Made by a program: the position numbers and the translations under genes
Source of the DNA: Dickeya solani IPO 2222
Lineage (GTDB): Bacteria > Pseudomonadota > Gammaproteobacteria > Enterobacterales > Enterobacteriaceae
Reading direction: 5' to 3'
Assembly: GCF_001644705.1 (NCBI RefSeq)
Contig: NZ_CP015137.1
Coordinates: forward strand, 1,800,001 to 1,832,000
Length of the DNA stretch: 32,000 nt
In this document: piece by piece, positions 1 to 8,480 of the stretch
Numbering within the stretch: the stretch's first letter is position 1
Layout: each line of letters begins with the position of its first letter
Notes under the pieces: model-generated
What the model saw: the letters and a program-made list of their open reading frames with translations, nothing else
The model's database searches: none
Told to the model about the DNA's origin: nothing

Positions 1-951
1 CAGCAGATGACGCGTCAGAGTACCGTACTGACCCAATTGCAGGATCAGCTCACTGCGCTGCAAAAACAGCAATCACAGGCGCAACAGCAGTGGCAACAGA
101 CGCTGGATCAGCAGGCCAAAGCCCTGAGCGCCGATGAGCAACGGTTGACAACCCTGACCCGGCAGGCCGGTGAAATGCAGGAAAAACTGGCCACGCTCGC
201 CAACAGTGATTCCAAAACCTGGCTGCTGGCGCAGGCTGATTTTCTGGTAAAACAGGCCGGACGCAAATTGTGGAGCGATAAAGACGTCACCACCGCCGGT
301 GCCTTGCTCAAAAGCGCCGACGCCAGCCTGGCGGACATGAACGACCCCAGCCTGATCGACGTACGCCGGGCCATCACCCACGATATCGGCACGCTGGCAG
401 GCGTTAGTCAGATCGATTTCGACGGCATCATCCTTAAAGTGAATCAGTTGGCGGATCAAGTGGACAACCTTCGGCTGGCCGATACCGACACCGACGAAGC
501 GCCGATGGAAGAAAGCGACTCGACGCTGTCGGCTTCCTTGAGCGAATGGCGGCAGAACCTGAGCAAGAGCTGGCACAATTTCCTGTCGGACTTCATCACC
601 ATTCGTCGCCGCGACGACAGCGCCGAACCGCTGCTGGCACCGAATCAGGATGTGTATTTGCGCGAAAACATCCGTTCGCGCCTGCTGGTCGCCGCACAGG
701 CGGTGCCGCGCCATCAGAACGAAACTTACCGGCAATCGCTGGAAACGGCGGCGACCTGGGTACGCGCCTACTTTGACGAAAGCGATCCGACCACCAAAGC
801 GTTTCTGGACCAGTTGGACGCGCTGAGCCAGCAGTCGGTGGCGATGGATGTACCGAATGAACTGCAAAGCCAGCCGCTGCTGGACAAACTGATGCAAACC
901 CGGGTCCGCAACCTGCTGGCGCAGCCGTCCGCCAAACCACAGGAGGGCTGA
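1..951 (+). CDS. hemX: HemX, heme-operon inner-membrane protein; 5' end cut by the window edge
   Basis: Frame 1 is open from base 1 (CAG CAG ATG), so the ATG at 7 is internal. The protein matches remembered E. coli HemX blocks ([79 protein letters not shown]). hemY follows 2 nt later, as in hemCDXY. Confidence 0.92.
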   Translation, partial: QQMTRQSTVLTQLQDQLTALQKQQSQAQQQWQQTLDQQAKALSADEQRLTTLTRQAGEMQEKLATLANSDSKTWLLAQADFLVKQAGRKLWSDKDVTTAGALLKSADASLADMNDPSLIDVRRAITHDIGTLAGVSQIDFDGIILKVNQLADQVDNLRLADTDTDEAPMEESDSTLSASLSEWRQNLSKSWHNFLSDFITIRRRDDSAEPLLAPNQDVYLRENIRSRLLVAAQAVPRHQNETYRQSLETAATWVRAYFDESDPTTKAFLDQLDALSQQSVAMDVPNELQSQPLLDKLMQTRVRNLLAQPSAKPQEG

Positions 952-953
952 AC

Positions 954-2150
954 ATGCTGAAGGTATTTCTGCTGTTTGTGGTGCTGATCGCCGGCATCGT
1001 GGTGGGGCCAATGTTGGCCGGCCATCAGGGTTACGTGCTGATCCAGACCGACAATTACAACATTGAAACCAGCGTCACCGGGCTGGTTATCATGCTGGTG
1101 CTGTTTCTGCTGGCGTTTCTGGCGGTGGAATGGCTGCTACGGCGAGTGTTCCGCACCGGCGCCCGCACCCGCGGCTGGTTCATCGGCCGCAAACGCACCC
1201 GGGCGCGTCAACAGACCAAAGCGGCGCTGTTGAAACTGACCGAAGGCGACTATCTGCAGGTGGAAAAACTGCTGACCCGCAATGCCGATCACGCAGAACA
1301 GCCGGTGGTGAACTACCTGCTGGCGGCAGAAGCCGCCCAGCAGCGCGGCGACGAGTTCCGTACCCGGCAATATCTGGAGCGGGCAGCGGAAATCGCCGAC
1401 ACGAATCAGCTGCCGGTGGATATCACCCGCGTGCGCATTCAACTGGCCCGTAACGAAGACCACGCCGCTCGCCACGGCGTAGACCGTTTGCTGGAAGTGG
1501 CGCCGCGCCACCCGGAAGTCTTGCGTCTGGCAGAACAGGCGTTCCTGCGTACCCACGCCTACAGCGCCTTGCTGGATATCCTGCCCGCCATGCGTAAAAC
1601 CCGGCTGCATGACGAATCCCATCTGGATGAATTACAACAGCGCGCCACCATCGGTTTGATGGATCAGGCGATGGCGGAAGGCGGCAGCGAAGGGTTGAAA
1701 CAGTGGTGGAGAAATCAGCCGCGTAAAGTCCGTCAGGCGCTGTCAATGCAGGTGGCCATGGCCGAACGGCTGATTGTGTGTGATGACCACATCACCGCAC
1801 AGGACATCATTGTCGACGGGCTGAAACAGCAGTTTGACTACCGGCTGGTACAGCTGATCCCCCGGCTCAATGCCGGCCAGCCGGAACCGCTGGAAAAACT
1901 GTTGCGCCAGCGTCTGAAACAGCACAACGATGACGCGCTGTTGCACAGTACGCTGGGGCAGTTGCTGGCGAAGCATGGCGAATGGCAACAGGCCAGCGAT
2001 GCATTCTCCACCGCACTGTCGCTACGACCGGACGCCTATGACTACGCCTGGTGCGCCGACGCCTTTGACCGGCTAAAGCGCCCCGAAGACGCCGCCCGCA
2101 TGCGGCGTGACGGTTTGCTATTGACGTTGCAGCCGCCTCACGAGGCCTGA
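954..2150 (+). CDS. hemY: HemY, protoheme IX biogenesis protein (TPR-like membrane protein)
   Basis: The 398 aa protein is nearly collinear with remembered E. coli HemY (MLKV.LLFV.LIAGIVVGPM.AGHQGYVLIQTDNYNIETSVTGL; NADHAEQPVVNYLLAAEAAQQRGDE; RPDAYDYAW.ADA.DRL). The GGAGG inside the hemX end lies upstream of the ATG. Confidence 0.95.
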   Translation: MLKVFLLFVVLIAGIVVGPMLAGHQGYVLIQTDNYNIETSVTGLVIMLVLFLLAFLAVEWLLRRVFRTGARTRGWFIGRKRTRARQQTKAALLKLTEGDYLQVEKLLTRNADHAEQPVVNYLLAAEAAQQRGDEFRTRQYLERAAEIADTNQLPVDITRVRIQLARNEDHAARHGVDRLLEVAPRHPEVLRLAEQAFLRTHAYSALLDILPAMRKTRLHDESHLDELQQRATIGLMDQAMAEGGSEGLKQWWRNQPRKVRQALSMQVAMAERLIVCDDHITAQDIIVDGLKQQFDYRLVQLIPRLNAGQPEPLEKLLRQRLKQHNDDALLHSTLGQLLAKHGEWQQASDAFSTALSLRPDAYDYAWCADAFDRLKRPEDAARMRRDGLLLTLQPPHEA

Positions 2151-2157
2151 CCGGCCC

Positions 2158-2183
2158 AGACCGGCGCGTGTCAGCGCCGGTCT
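2158..2183 (+). terminator. GC-rich hairpin just after the hemY stop (possible terminator; no U-tract)
   Basis: agaccggcgc-gtgtca-gcgccggtct forms a 10-bp perfect stem 8 nt after the TGA. It is followed by cctactcc rather than a T-run, so intrinsic termination is uncertain. Confidence 0.35.
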
Positions 2184-2224
2184 CCTACTCCAAGATAACA
2201 CCATGATTTAGCTGAATAATGGCG

Positions 2225-2428
2225 AAAAAAAACGCTTGCCGACCAGCGACAAGCGTGCAATAAAAATCAGGTCTGAAAGACAACTTTAAGGTGCCCCACT
2301 CAACGTTACGTCCAACAGCGATGAAGCAGCGCTTCATCAATAATCGGACGTAGGCACCGTAAATGGCTCTGCGTCATTCCCAGGTTTATGAAGCCGAAGC
2401 AAGCATAGAAGGTGGAATGAGCATCTAC
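2225..2428 (-). ncRNA. glmZ: GlmZ (SraJ/RyiA) small RNA, activator of glmS translation
   Basis: The minus-strand sequence is GTAGATGCTCATTCCACC...CATAAACCTGGGAATGACGCAGAGCCATTTACGGTGCC...AACGTTGAGTGGGGCACC...GTTGTCTTTCAGACCTGATTTTT. These blocks match my recollection of E. coli GlmZ (GTAGATGCTCATTCCATC, CATAAACTCCGGAATGACGCAGAGCCGTTTACGGTGC, AACGTTGAGTGAAGCACC, CAGACCTGTTTT). It ends in a hairpin CGCTTG-N11-CAAGCG followed by 8 T (2225-2232). It is convergent with the hemY 3' end, the same position and orientation as in E. coli. Confidence 0.85.
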
Positions 2429-2440
2429 ACCTTTAACAAA

Positions 2441-2455
2441 GCATGAATAATGCCA
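2441..2455 (-). promoter_or_regulatory. sigma54 (-24/-12) type promoter of glmZ
   Basis: The minus strand reads TGGCATTATTCATGC. GG and GC have the exact spacing of the TGGCAC-N5-TTGCW consensus. The GC lies 13-14 nt upstream of the inferred GlmZ 5' end at 2428. Confidence 0.6.
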
Positions 2456-2574
2456 ACTTCAAAGAAAACCAAATAAAAAAATATTATGTATTGATAAATA
2501 AGGAATTAAATATCAAGCATATTTGATTCCGGCATAACTAACCTGCTGAAAAATCGGGCATTCCTCACCAATAC

Positions 2575-2592
2575 TGTCGCTAATCAGAGACG
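2575..2592. promoter_or_regulatory. GlrR/QseF-like activator binding site 1 (TGTC-N10-GACA family)
   Basis: TGTCgctaatcagaGACG matches 7 of 8 defined bases. It is centred about 155 nt upstream of the glmZ start. An AT-rich stretch at 2456-2570 separates it from the promoter and could accommodate IHF bending. Confidence 0.5.
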
Positions 2593-2637
2593 CCACCAGC
2601 ATCACTGATGATATTCTTTATAATTCAATTGGTTATA

Positions 2638-2655
2638 TGTCTCTCTTTGGAGACA
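2638..2655. promoter_or_regulatory. GlrR/QseF-like activator binding site 2
   Basis: TGTCtctctttggaGACA is a perfect 8/8 match to TGTC-N10-GACA, centred about 218 nt upstream of the glmZ start. Confidence 0.6.
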
Positions 2656-2670
2656 TGAAGACACCCTAAC

Positions 2671-2688
2671 TGTCGCCGAAAAGCCACA
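2671..2688. promoter_or_regulatory. GlrR/QseF-like activator binding site 3
   Basis: TGTCgccgaaaagcCACA matches 7 of 8 bases, centred about 251 nt upstream of the glmZ start. Three sites within 115 bp fit the published glmY/glmZ promoter architecture. Confidence 0.5.
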
Positions 2689-2708
2689 GGTCGCTTTTAG
2701 CTGATGAT

Positions 2709-2741
2709 TCAAACAAAACAGCCACGGATAACCGTGGCTGT
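2709..2741 (-). terminator. Rho-independent terminator of the M20 amidohydrolase gene and its operon
   Basis: The minus strand reads ACAGCCACGG-TTAT-CCGTGGCTGT followed by TTTGTTTGA. The 10-bp stem begins 33 nt after the stop at 2774. Confidence 0.75.
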
Positions 2742-2773
2742 TGTCATGACATTAATAGGGTGCTAGTTGGTGA

Positions 2774-3934
2774 TCAGGCGGTCTGCGACAGCTGTTCCAG
2801 GCTCTGCTTCGCCAACTGATACAGATAGTGCGCGGTGGGGAACAGCGCACTATCATCCACCCGAAATTTGGGGTGATGCAGCGCGTACGGTCCGCCAGAA
2901 CCCACCATCATAAAGGTGCCCGGCAGCTTCTGTTGATAGAACGCAAAGTCTTCGCCGATGGGGCTGGCTTCGACGCGACGCGCCTCAAACCCTTCGTCAT
3001 CCGCAACCTGCAGCGCGAAGTCCACCCAGCGCGGCGTGTTCACCACCGATGGCGGTCCGGCGTGCCAGATAAATTCGATTTCCGCGCCAAAGGCGCTGGC
3101 GATACCGGCCACAATCTGGCGAAAACGCTGTTCAATCAGGTCGCGCACCGCCTGACTGAAAGTACGCACCGTTCCTTCCACATAGGCGGTGTCCGGAATC
3201 ACGTTCCAGGTACTGCCGCTGTGCACCTGGGTGATCGACACCACCGCATTATTATCAGACGACACGGTACGGCTAATAATGGTCTGCACTGAGGAAATCA
3301 GCTGCCCCAGAATAATGATCGGATCATTGCCTTCGTGCGGCTTGGCGGCGTGGCAGCCTTTAGCGGCAATCTTGATTTCGAAACGGTCCACCCCGGCGGT
3401 CAGCGCGCCGTCTTTACCGCCAATCACACCAACCGGCAGCGTAGGGTCGTTATGAATGCCAAAAATGGCGGTCGCGCCGTCCAGCGCGCCGGCGGCGATC
3501 ACTTCCGGCGCGCCCAGCCCGGTTTCTTCGGCCGCCTGAAACAGAATACGCACGGTGCCTTTCAGTTCCGGCTCAATACGTTTAAGCAGAATCGCCGCCC
3601 CCAGCGCCGCCGAAGAATGAAAATCATGCCCGCAGGCGTGCATCACGCCGGCATTCTTCGAACTGAACTCGACGCCGGACTCTTCTTCAATCGGCAGGGC
3701 GTCGATGTCGGAACGCACCACAACCAGCGGGCCGTCCTGTAGGCCGCCCACTTCCGCCACCAGACCGGTTTTCAGCGGCAGGTCCAGAATGCGGATACCT
3801 TCTTTTTCCAGCACGGCGCGAATTTTCCGCGTGGTTTCAAACTCCTGGTTGGACAATTCCGGATGCTGATGCAAATCGTGCCGGAACGCCTGAATAAACT
3901 GCGCCAACGGCGCATGCTGAGCATGCTCTTTCAT
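2774..3934 (-). CDS. M20 family amidohydrolase (YxeP/HipO-like N-acyl-amino-acid deacylase; predicted N-acetylcysteine deacetylase)
   Basis: The 386 aa protein has M20D hallmarks: MHACGHDFH metal motif, AEE(T)G, GIHN and the dimerisation-domain pattern. AGGAG lies 9 nt upstream of the ATG. It is the last gene of a co-directional six-gene cluster. Confidence 0.85.
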   Translation of the reverse strand: MKEHAQHAPLAQFIQAFRHDLHQHPELSNQEFETTRKIRAVLEKEGIRILDLPLKTGLVAEVGGLQDGPLVVVRSDIDALPIEEESGVEFSSKNAGVMHACGHDFHSSAALGAAILLKRIEPELKGTVRILFQAAEETGLGAPEVIAAGALDGATAIFGIHNDPTLPVGVIGGKDGALTAGVDRFEIKIAAKGCHAAKPHEGNDPIIILGQLISSVQTIISRTVSSDNNAVVSITQVHSGSTWNVIPDTAYVEGTVRTFSQAVRDLIEQRFRQIVAGIASAFGAEIEFIWHAGPPSVVNTPRWVDFALQVADDEGFEARRVEASPIGEDFAFYQQKLPGTFMMVGSGGPYALHHPKFRVDDSALFPTAHYLYQLAKQSLEQLSQTA

Positions 3935-4013
3935 GTAAGGTCACTCCTCTTTTCTCAGCCCTGTCTCGCAGGGCGGCCCGACGCGTCGAGCCTGCAGGTG
4001 AATATGTTATCGA

Positions 4014-4775
4014 TCAGATATCGAACTCTGATGGTTCCTGAATGTTAGTCAGCTGTCGCAGGAAGCGGCGGGTCTGCGGGTTGTCGGAGAAACTGATCAC
4101 TTTCTCCGCCGGGCCTTGCTCGACAATGTGCCCATCGGCCATGAAAATCACCCGGTCCGCCACTTCTTTGGCGAACTGCATCTCATGGGTCACGATTACC
4201 ATGGTGGTATTCTGCCCCGCCAGTTTCTGGATAACCTGCAACACTTCGTGCACGCGCTCCGGGTCAAGCGCCGAGGTCGGCTCATCAAACAGGATCGCTT
4301 TAGGGTCCACCGCCAACGCACGGGCGATGCTGACGCGCTGCTGTTGACCGCCGGAAAGCGTCACCGGATACTGGTGCGCCTGCGGCAGCAGCCCCACCAG
4401 CTCCAGCAGCGACAGCCCAATCTCGTTCGCCTGCTTTTTCGGCATCTTCTTCACCACAATCAGGGCTTCGGTGATGTTTTCCAGCGCGGTCTTGTTATTG
4501 AACAGGTTGTAGTTCTGGAACACCATCGCCGTCTGACGTCTGAGCGCATACTCTTCCTTGCCGGTATAACGACGGGTATCCAGCGACTGCTCGCCGATGG
4601 TAATGGTGCCGGACTCCGGCTTCTCCAGCAGATTCAGACAACGCAACAGGGTGGACTTGCCCGAGCCGGACGGCCCGATGATCGCCACCACTTCGCCCTG
4701 GGCGATATCCAGACTGATGTTGTTCAGCACCACCTGGTCGCCAAAACGTTTGGTCAGGTTTTTTACGCTAATCAT
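4014..4775 (-). CDS. Polar amino acid ABC transporter ATP-binding protein
   Basis: 253 aa with Walker A GPSGSGKST, signature LSGGQQQRVSIARAL, Walker B ILFDEPTSALD and the H-loop VIVTHEM. This is the GlnQ/YxeO/TcyN family. Confidence 0.93.
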   Translation of the reverse strand: MISVKNLTKRFGDQVVLNNISLDIAQGEVVAIIGPSGSGKSTLLRCLNLLEKPESGTITIGEQSLDTRRYTGKEEYALRRQTAMVFQNYNLFNNKTALENITEALIVVKKMPKKQANEIGLSLLELVGLLPQAHQYPVTLSGGQQQRVSIARALAVDPKAILFDEPTSALDPERVHEVLQVIQKLAGQNTTMVIVTHEMQFAKEVADRVIFMADGHIVEQGPAEKVISFSDNPQTRRFLRQLTNIQEPSEFDI

Positions 4776-4784
4776 GTCGGCTCC

Positions 4785-5456
4785 TTAACGCTGCCGTGAG
4801 TGGCTGAGTTTCTTCTCCAGCTGAGACTGCAGCCAGGAGTAAACCACAATGAGCATCCAGTAAATCAGCCCTACCACCAGGAAAGTTTCGAAGAAGCGCA
4901 GCGATTCGGCGGCAATCATCTTGCCTTCGGCAAAAAGTTCCGACACCCCGAGCGCAAAGGCCACCGAGGTATCTTTAATCAGAGAAATAAAGGTGTTGCC
5001 GGTGGCAGGCAGCGCGTTGAGCATCGCCTGCGGCAGCACGATGCGGCGGTAAATTTGCGCCTTGTTCATCCCTACCGACAGGCCGGCTTCCGTTTGTCCG
5101 AAATCCACCGACGCCAGCGCCGCCCGGAAAATCTCCGCCATATAAGCCGAGTTCTTCAGGCTAAACCCGATAATCGCCGCCGTCATAGCAGACAGGCCAT
5201 TCAGTGACGGAAACAGCTGGGGCAGACCGAAATAGATGATGAACAACTGCACCAGCGACGGGATACCGCGAAACAGCGAGATATAGAGTTCCACCAGTTT
5301 CGCCACCACAACGAAGCGGCTCTCGCGAACCAGCGCCAGCACCAGTCCCAGCACGATGGCAAACAGCATTGATACCACCGCCAGCAACAGCGTGGTGGGC
5401 AAGTACATCAACACCTGGGGAAAAACTTTCAGCAGGTAGGAAAGATCGATATTCAT
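4785..5456 (-). CDS. Polar amino acid ABC transporter permease (HisM/YecS/YxeN family)
   Basis: The protein is multi-pass hydrophobic with the EAA-like loop (AEIFRAALASVDFGQTEAGLSVGM). The ORF extends to a GTG at 5474 and an ATG at 5468. I chose the ATG at 5456 (MNIDLSYLLK) by length comparison with YecS-type permeases, so the start is uncertain by up to 18 nt. Confidence 0.88.
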   Translation of the reverse strand: MNIDLSYLLKVFPQVLMYLPTTLLLAVVSMLFAIVLGLVLALVRESRFVVVAKLVELYISLFRGIPSLVQLFIIYFGLPQLFPSLNGLSAMTAAIIGFSLKNSAYMAEIFRAALASVDFGQTEAGLSVGMNKAQIYRRIVLPQAMLNALPATGNTFISLIKDTSVAFALGVSELFAEGKMIAAESLRFFETFLVVGLIYWMLIVVYSWLQSQLEKKLSHSRQR

Positions 5457-5474
5457 GGGCCATACCATTAACAC

Positions 5475-5504
5475 TGACGCCAGCCGCGAATCAGGCTGGC
5501 GTCA
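5475..5504 (-). other. Intercistronic stem-loop between the binding-protein and permease genes
   Basis: tgacgccagcc-gcgaatca-ggctggcgtca forms an 11-bp perfect stem with no U-tract. It sits in the 54-nt gap after the SBP stop. Confidence 0.6.
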
Positions 5505-5528
5505 CAGGAATTGAACGAGGAGGCAGGG

Positions 5529-6308
5529 TTATTTGCCCGCCGTGATGTCCTCGCCGAAGTATTTGACAGACAGGGCTTTCAGTCGGCCATCACTGCGCAT
5601 TTTGTTCAGTTCGTCATCAAACTTCTTGCGCAGTTCGTCGCCTTTCTGATCTTTGTGGAACGGGAACCCGACCTGCTCCACCACCAGCGGCTCACCCACC
5701 AGCTTGAACGGCAGGTTGCGCTTGTTGATTTCCGCCAGCAGGATTGGGCGAGAGTTGATGTAACCTTCAACACGCTTGGCCAGCGCATCGCTCATGGCGC
5801 CGTCGCGGGTTTCATAAGTGCGGATAGTGACGCTGCCGTCGGCAAAGGCTTTTTTCAGGTTGTTGACGTGGTTGGAGCCCAGCACGCCCGCTACGGTTTT
5901 GCCTTTCAGGTCATCCAGCGTATTGATGTTGGCGTTGTCTTTATGCGTGACGATCTGACTGCCGTAGTAGCTGTACGGCTGGGAGAAACTGTATTTTTCC
6001 TGACGCGCCGGGGTAATCGCCACCACGTTGGCGATGGTGTCCAGTTTGCTGGCTTCCAGTTGCCCCATCAGACCGCTGAAATCCGCCGTCACCCACTCGA
6101 CCTTGTAGTTCAAATCTTTAGCGATGGTTTCCGCCACTTCCACGTCAAAACCAACCAGCTTGTTGTCCTGTTTGAACGAACTCGGGTAGCTCTGCCCGGT
6201 GGCGCCGATACGCAGTACCTTCTCGCCGCTGTTCTGAGAATCGCAACCCGCCGCCAGAATGGCCGCAGACAAGGCTAATACAGGGAGGATAATTTTTTTC
6301 ATAGTCAT
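5529..6308 (-). CDS. Amino acid ABC transporter substrate-binding lipoprotein (cystine/YxeM-like, family 3 SBP)
   Basis: 259 aa with a signal peptide and lipobox (LAAGC). The family 3 SBP pattern is present (GFDVEVAETIAKDL, ADFSGLMGQLEASKLD). AAGAGG lies about 9 nt upstream of the ATG at 6308. Confidence 0.9.
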   Translation of the reverse strand: MTMKKIILPVLALSAAILAAGCDSQNSGEKVLRIGATGQSYPSSFKQDNKLVGFDVEVAETIAKDLNYKVEWVTADFSGLMGQLEASKLDTIANVVAITPARQEKYSFSQPYSYYGSQIVTHKDNANINTLDDLKGKTVAGVLGSNHVNNLKKAFADGSVTIRTYETRDGAMSDALAKRVEGYINSRPILLAEINKRNLPFKLVGEPLVVEQVGFPFHKDQKGDELRKKFDDELNKMRSDGRLKALSVKYFGEDITAGK

Positions 6309-6321
6309 CGAATAACGCCTC

Positions 6322-6861
6322 TTAGGGGTGTTTCTTTTCCCAGTGATGATAAAGGTCCTGATCCAGGACTTTTCGCATGTAAATCGTGAGGTGTCCTTTC
6401 CCTAAATCCGCCTGGCCGACTTCCTGAAAGCCATATTTCCGATACATATCCAGCAACCAGGGATGCTGTTTGGCGGTGCCCAGCGTCACGGCGGGCGCTT
6501 TTAACTGCTCTTTCAGCACCGCCTGTTCCAGCCAGTCCAACATTTGTTTGCCCAGCCCCTGTTGCTTGAAGTCCGGATGGGTGGCGAACCAACCGATGTG
6601 CGGTAATCCGTACGGGCCGGGATTTGGCCCCCACGGATAGCGAATGGTGATCGACGCGGCCAGACGCCCGTCTTTCTCCATCACGTACACCCCGTTGCTG
6701 CGCAGATGGCGGCGCACCATGTCGATGTCCGCATAGGCGGCGTCAAACTTGATGCCCAGTTCGCGCACCGACGCATAAGCCGCCAGCGCCAGTTCGAGAA
6801 ACGCCTCGTCATCCGCAGAGGTGGCCTGACGAAATACGGTACGCATGGCCTCTCCCATCAC
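6322..6861 (-). CDS. GNAT family N-acetyltransferase (YxeL/SnaA-like candidate)
   Basis: The 179 aa protein has an acetyl-CoA binding motif region (FATHPDFKQQGLGKQMLDWLE). The ATG at 6861 overlaps the upstream lyase stop by 4 nt (ATGA). An alternative start at 6846 (MRTVF) is preceded by GGGAGAGG. Confidence 0.85.
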   Translation of the reverse strand: MMGEAMRTVFRQATSADDEAFLELALAAYASVRELGIKFDAAYADIDMVRRHLRSNGVYVMEKDGRLAASITIRYPWGPNPGPYGLPHIGWFATHPDFKQQGLGKQMLDWLEQAVLKEQLKAPAVTLGTAKQHPWLLDMYRKYGFQEVGQADLGKGHLTIYMRKVLDQDLYHHWEKKHP

Positions 6862-8222
6862 TCGCCCAACAAGCCGGTGTCATCCGCGTACCGGATCACC
6901 TCATCAACTTTCTGCGGCGCGCTGCCGACATAGTTCGCCGGATCCAGCCAGGCATCCAACGCATCCGACGTCAGGTGTTGCGACAGCACCGGATGCTCCA
7001 GCAGCAACGCTTTGAACTCGCGGTTCTGTTCGAACGCCGCCATCGAGCATTCGTATACCAAGTGGTGGGCCGTCTGTTTGCCGAGCAGCTTGCCGATTTC
7101 AAACATCACTTTTTCCGACAGCAGCAGGCCGTTTTGCAAATCCAGGTTGGTGCGCATCTGCTTTTCGTTCACCGACATACCGCGCAGGATACCGAGCGCG
7201 TTCTGCAACTGTGCTGACAGGTAGATGTTGATTTCCGGCAGCGCGATCCACTCGGCGCGCCAGCTCATGGCGTCACGCTCGTGTTCGACCTTCATCGATT
7301 CGTGGATCAGGGCGGCGCTCTTGAACAGCGGCGCCGTCAGGCTGGCCAGCCCTTCCAGCGCGGCCGGATTGCGTTTGTGCGGCATGGTGGTGGAACCGAT
7401 TTTCCCTTCGGAGAACGGCTCTTCGATTTCGTTGATTTCGGTGCGCATCAGGTTGTACAGCTCGTTGCCGATTTTACCGAGCGTACCGCTGATCAGCACT
7501 GTCACCGACGCGTATTCCGAGAAACGATCGCGGGCAGACTGCCAGCCGATATTCGGGGTATTCAGACCCAGACGGGTCAGGGTGTGGCGTTCGATCTCCG
7601 GCCCCAATTCGCCAAAAGAAGCGTAAGTGCCGATGGCGCCGTTGATGTTGCCCACCAGCACACGCTCGCGGATTTCATTCAGGCGTTGCAGGTGACGCAC
7701 AAACTCGTCCAGCCATACCGCCAGTTTGAAACCAAAGGTGGTCGGCAGCGCCTGCATACCGTGGGTACGGCCGGTCATCAACGTATGCTGGTGTTTCTTC
7801 GCCAGCCGTTTCAGTTCGATGGCCACCAGACGGGTGTCGCGCACCACAATGTCGAACGCCTGACGCAGCTGCAACACGGTGGCGGTATCCACCACATCCT
7901 GCGTGGTCACGCCATAATGGATGTACTCGCCGGCTTCGCCGCACTGCCTCTGGATAGCGGCAATGGTCGGCATCAGAGAATGCTTCATGCGCACCGCATC
8001 CTGAGCGATCTCTTCGATATTCAGTGCGCTGGCGTTGGCGTGGGAAGCAATAGTGCTGGCCGCGTCCTGCGGAATGACACCCAGATCGCCTTCTGCCAGC
8101 GCCAACGCGATTTCCACGTCAACCTGGCGGGTCAGACGGTTCTGCTCTGACCATACGGCGCGCATTTCTGGTGTGCCAAAGTTATTTCCAATAAGAAGAA
8201 AATCAATCAGATGTGATGCCAT
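6858..8222 (-). CDS. Aspartase/fumarase-superfamily lyase, an adenylosuccinate-lyase paralog (candidate S-(2-succino) lyase)
   Basis: The 454 aa protein carries the superfamily signature loop GSTTMPHKRNP plus the TGRTHGMQA and TTQD regions. It is clearly not the enterobacterial PurB sequence I remember. It is the first gene of the operon and is translationally coupled to the GNAT gene. Confidence 0.8.
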   Translation of the reverse strand: MASHLIDFLLIGNNFGTPEMRAVWSEQNRLTRQVDVEIALALAEGDLGVIPQDAASTIASHANASALNIEEIAQDAVRMKHSLMPTIAAIQRQCGEAGEYIHYGVTTQDVVDTATVLQLRQAFDIVVRDTRLVAIELKRLAKKHQHTLMTGRTHGMQALPTTFGFKLAVWLDEFVRHLQRLNEIRERVLVGNINGAIGTYASFGELGPEIERHTLTRLGLNTPNIGWQSARDRFSEYASVTVLISGTLGKIGNELYNLMRTEINEIEEPFSEGKIGSTTMPHKRNPAALEGLASLTAPLFKSAALIHESMKVEHERDAMSWRAEWIALPEINIYLSAQLQNALGILRGMSVNEKQMRTNLDLQNGLLLSEKVMFEIGKLLGKQTAHHLVYECSMAAFEQNREFKALLLEHPVLSQHLTSDALDAWLDPANYVGSAPQKVDEVIRYADDTGLLGE

Positions 8223-8480
8223 AACTCACTCGTTTACATTGTAATAATGGGGGAAAGAGAGGCGGGTCAAGACGACGCTGTTGTTTGTTGGCGACTATAT
8301 CACCGGCGATATTCCGGCCTATATACCCGATCGATCTAAGATATTCTTTATGGTTTTATGATTTCATTCACAATTATTTACTTTGCAACCACGTCGACAG
8401 GAGGGGTCATGACGGAAGCCACAGCATCTGCATAACTACGCAATGATGGCGCCTCCGCGAACATGACCACGAACCGGCTA

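Noticed and set aside
8340-8351. An exact 12-mer, gatattctttat, shared between the salvage-operon upstream region (8340-8351) and the glmZ upstream region (2610-2621). It looked like a possible shared regulator site.
   Set aside because: In a 32-kb window about N^2/2 divided by 4^12, or roughly 30, exact 12-mer pairs are expected by chance, and more in AT-rich DNA. There is no further flanking similarity.
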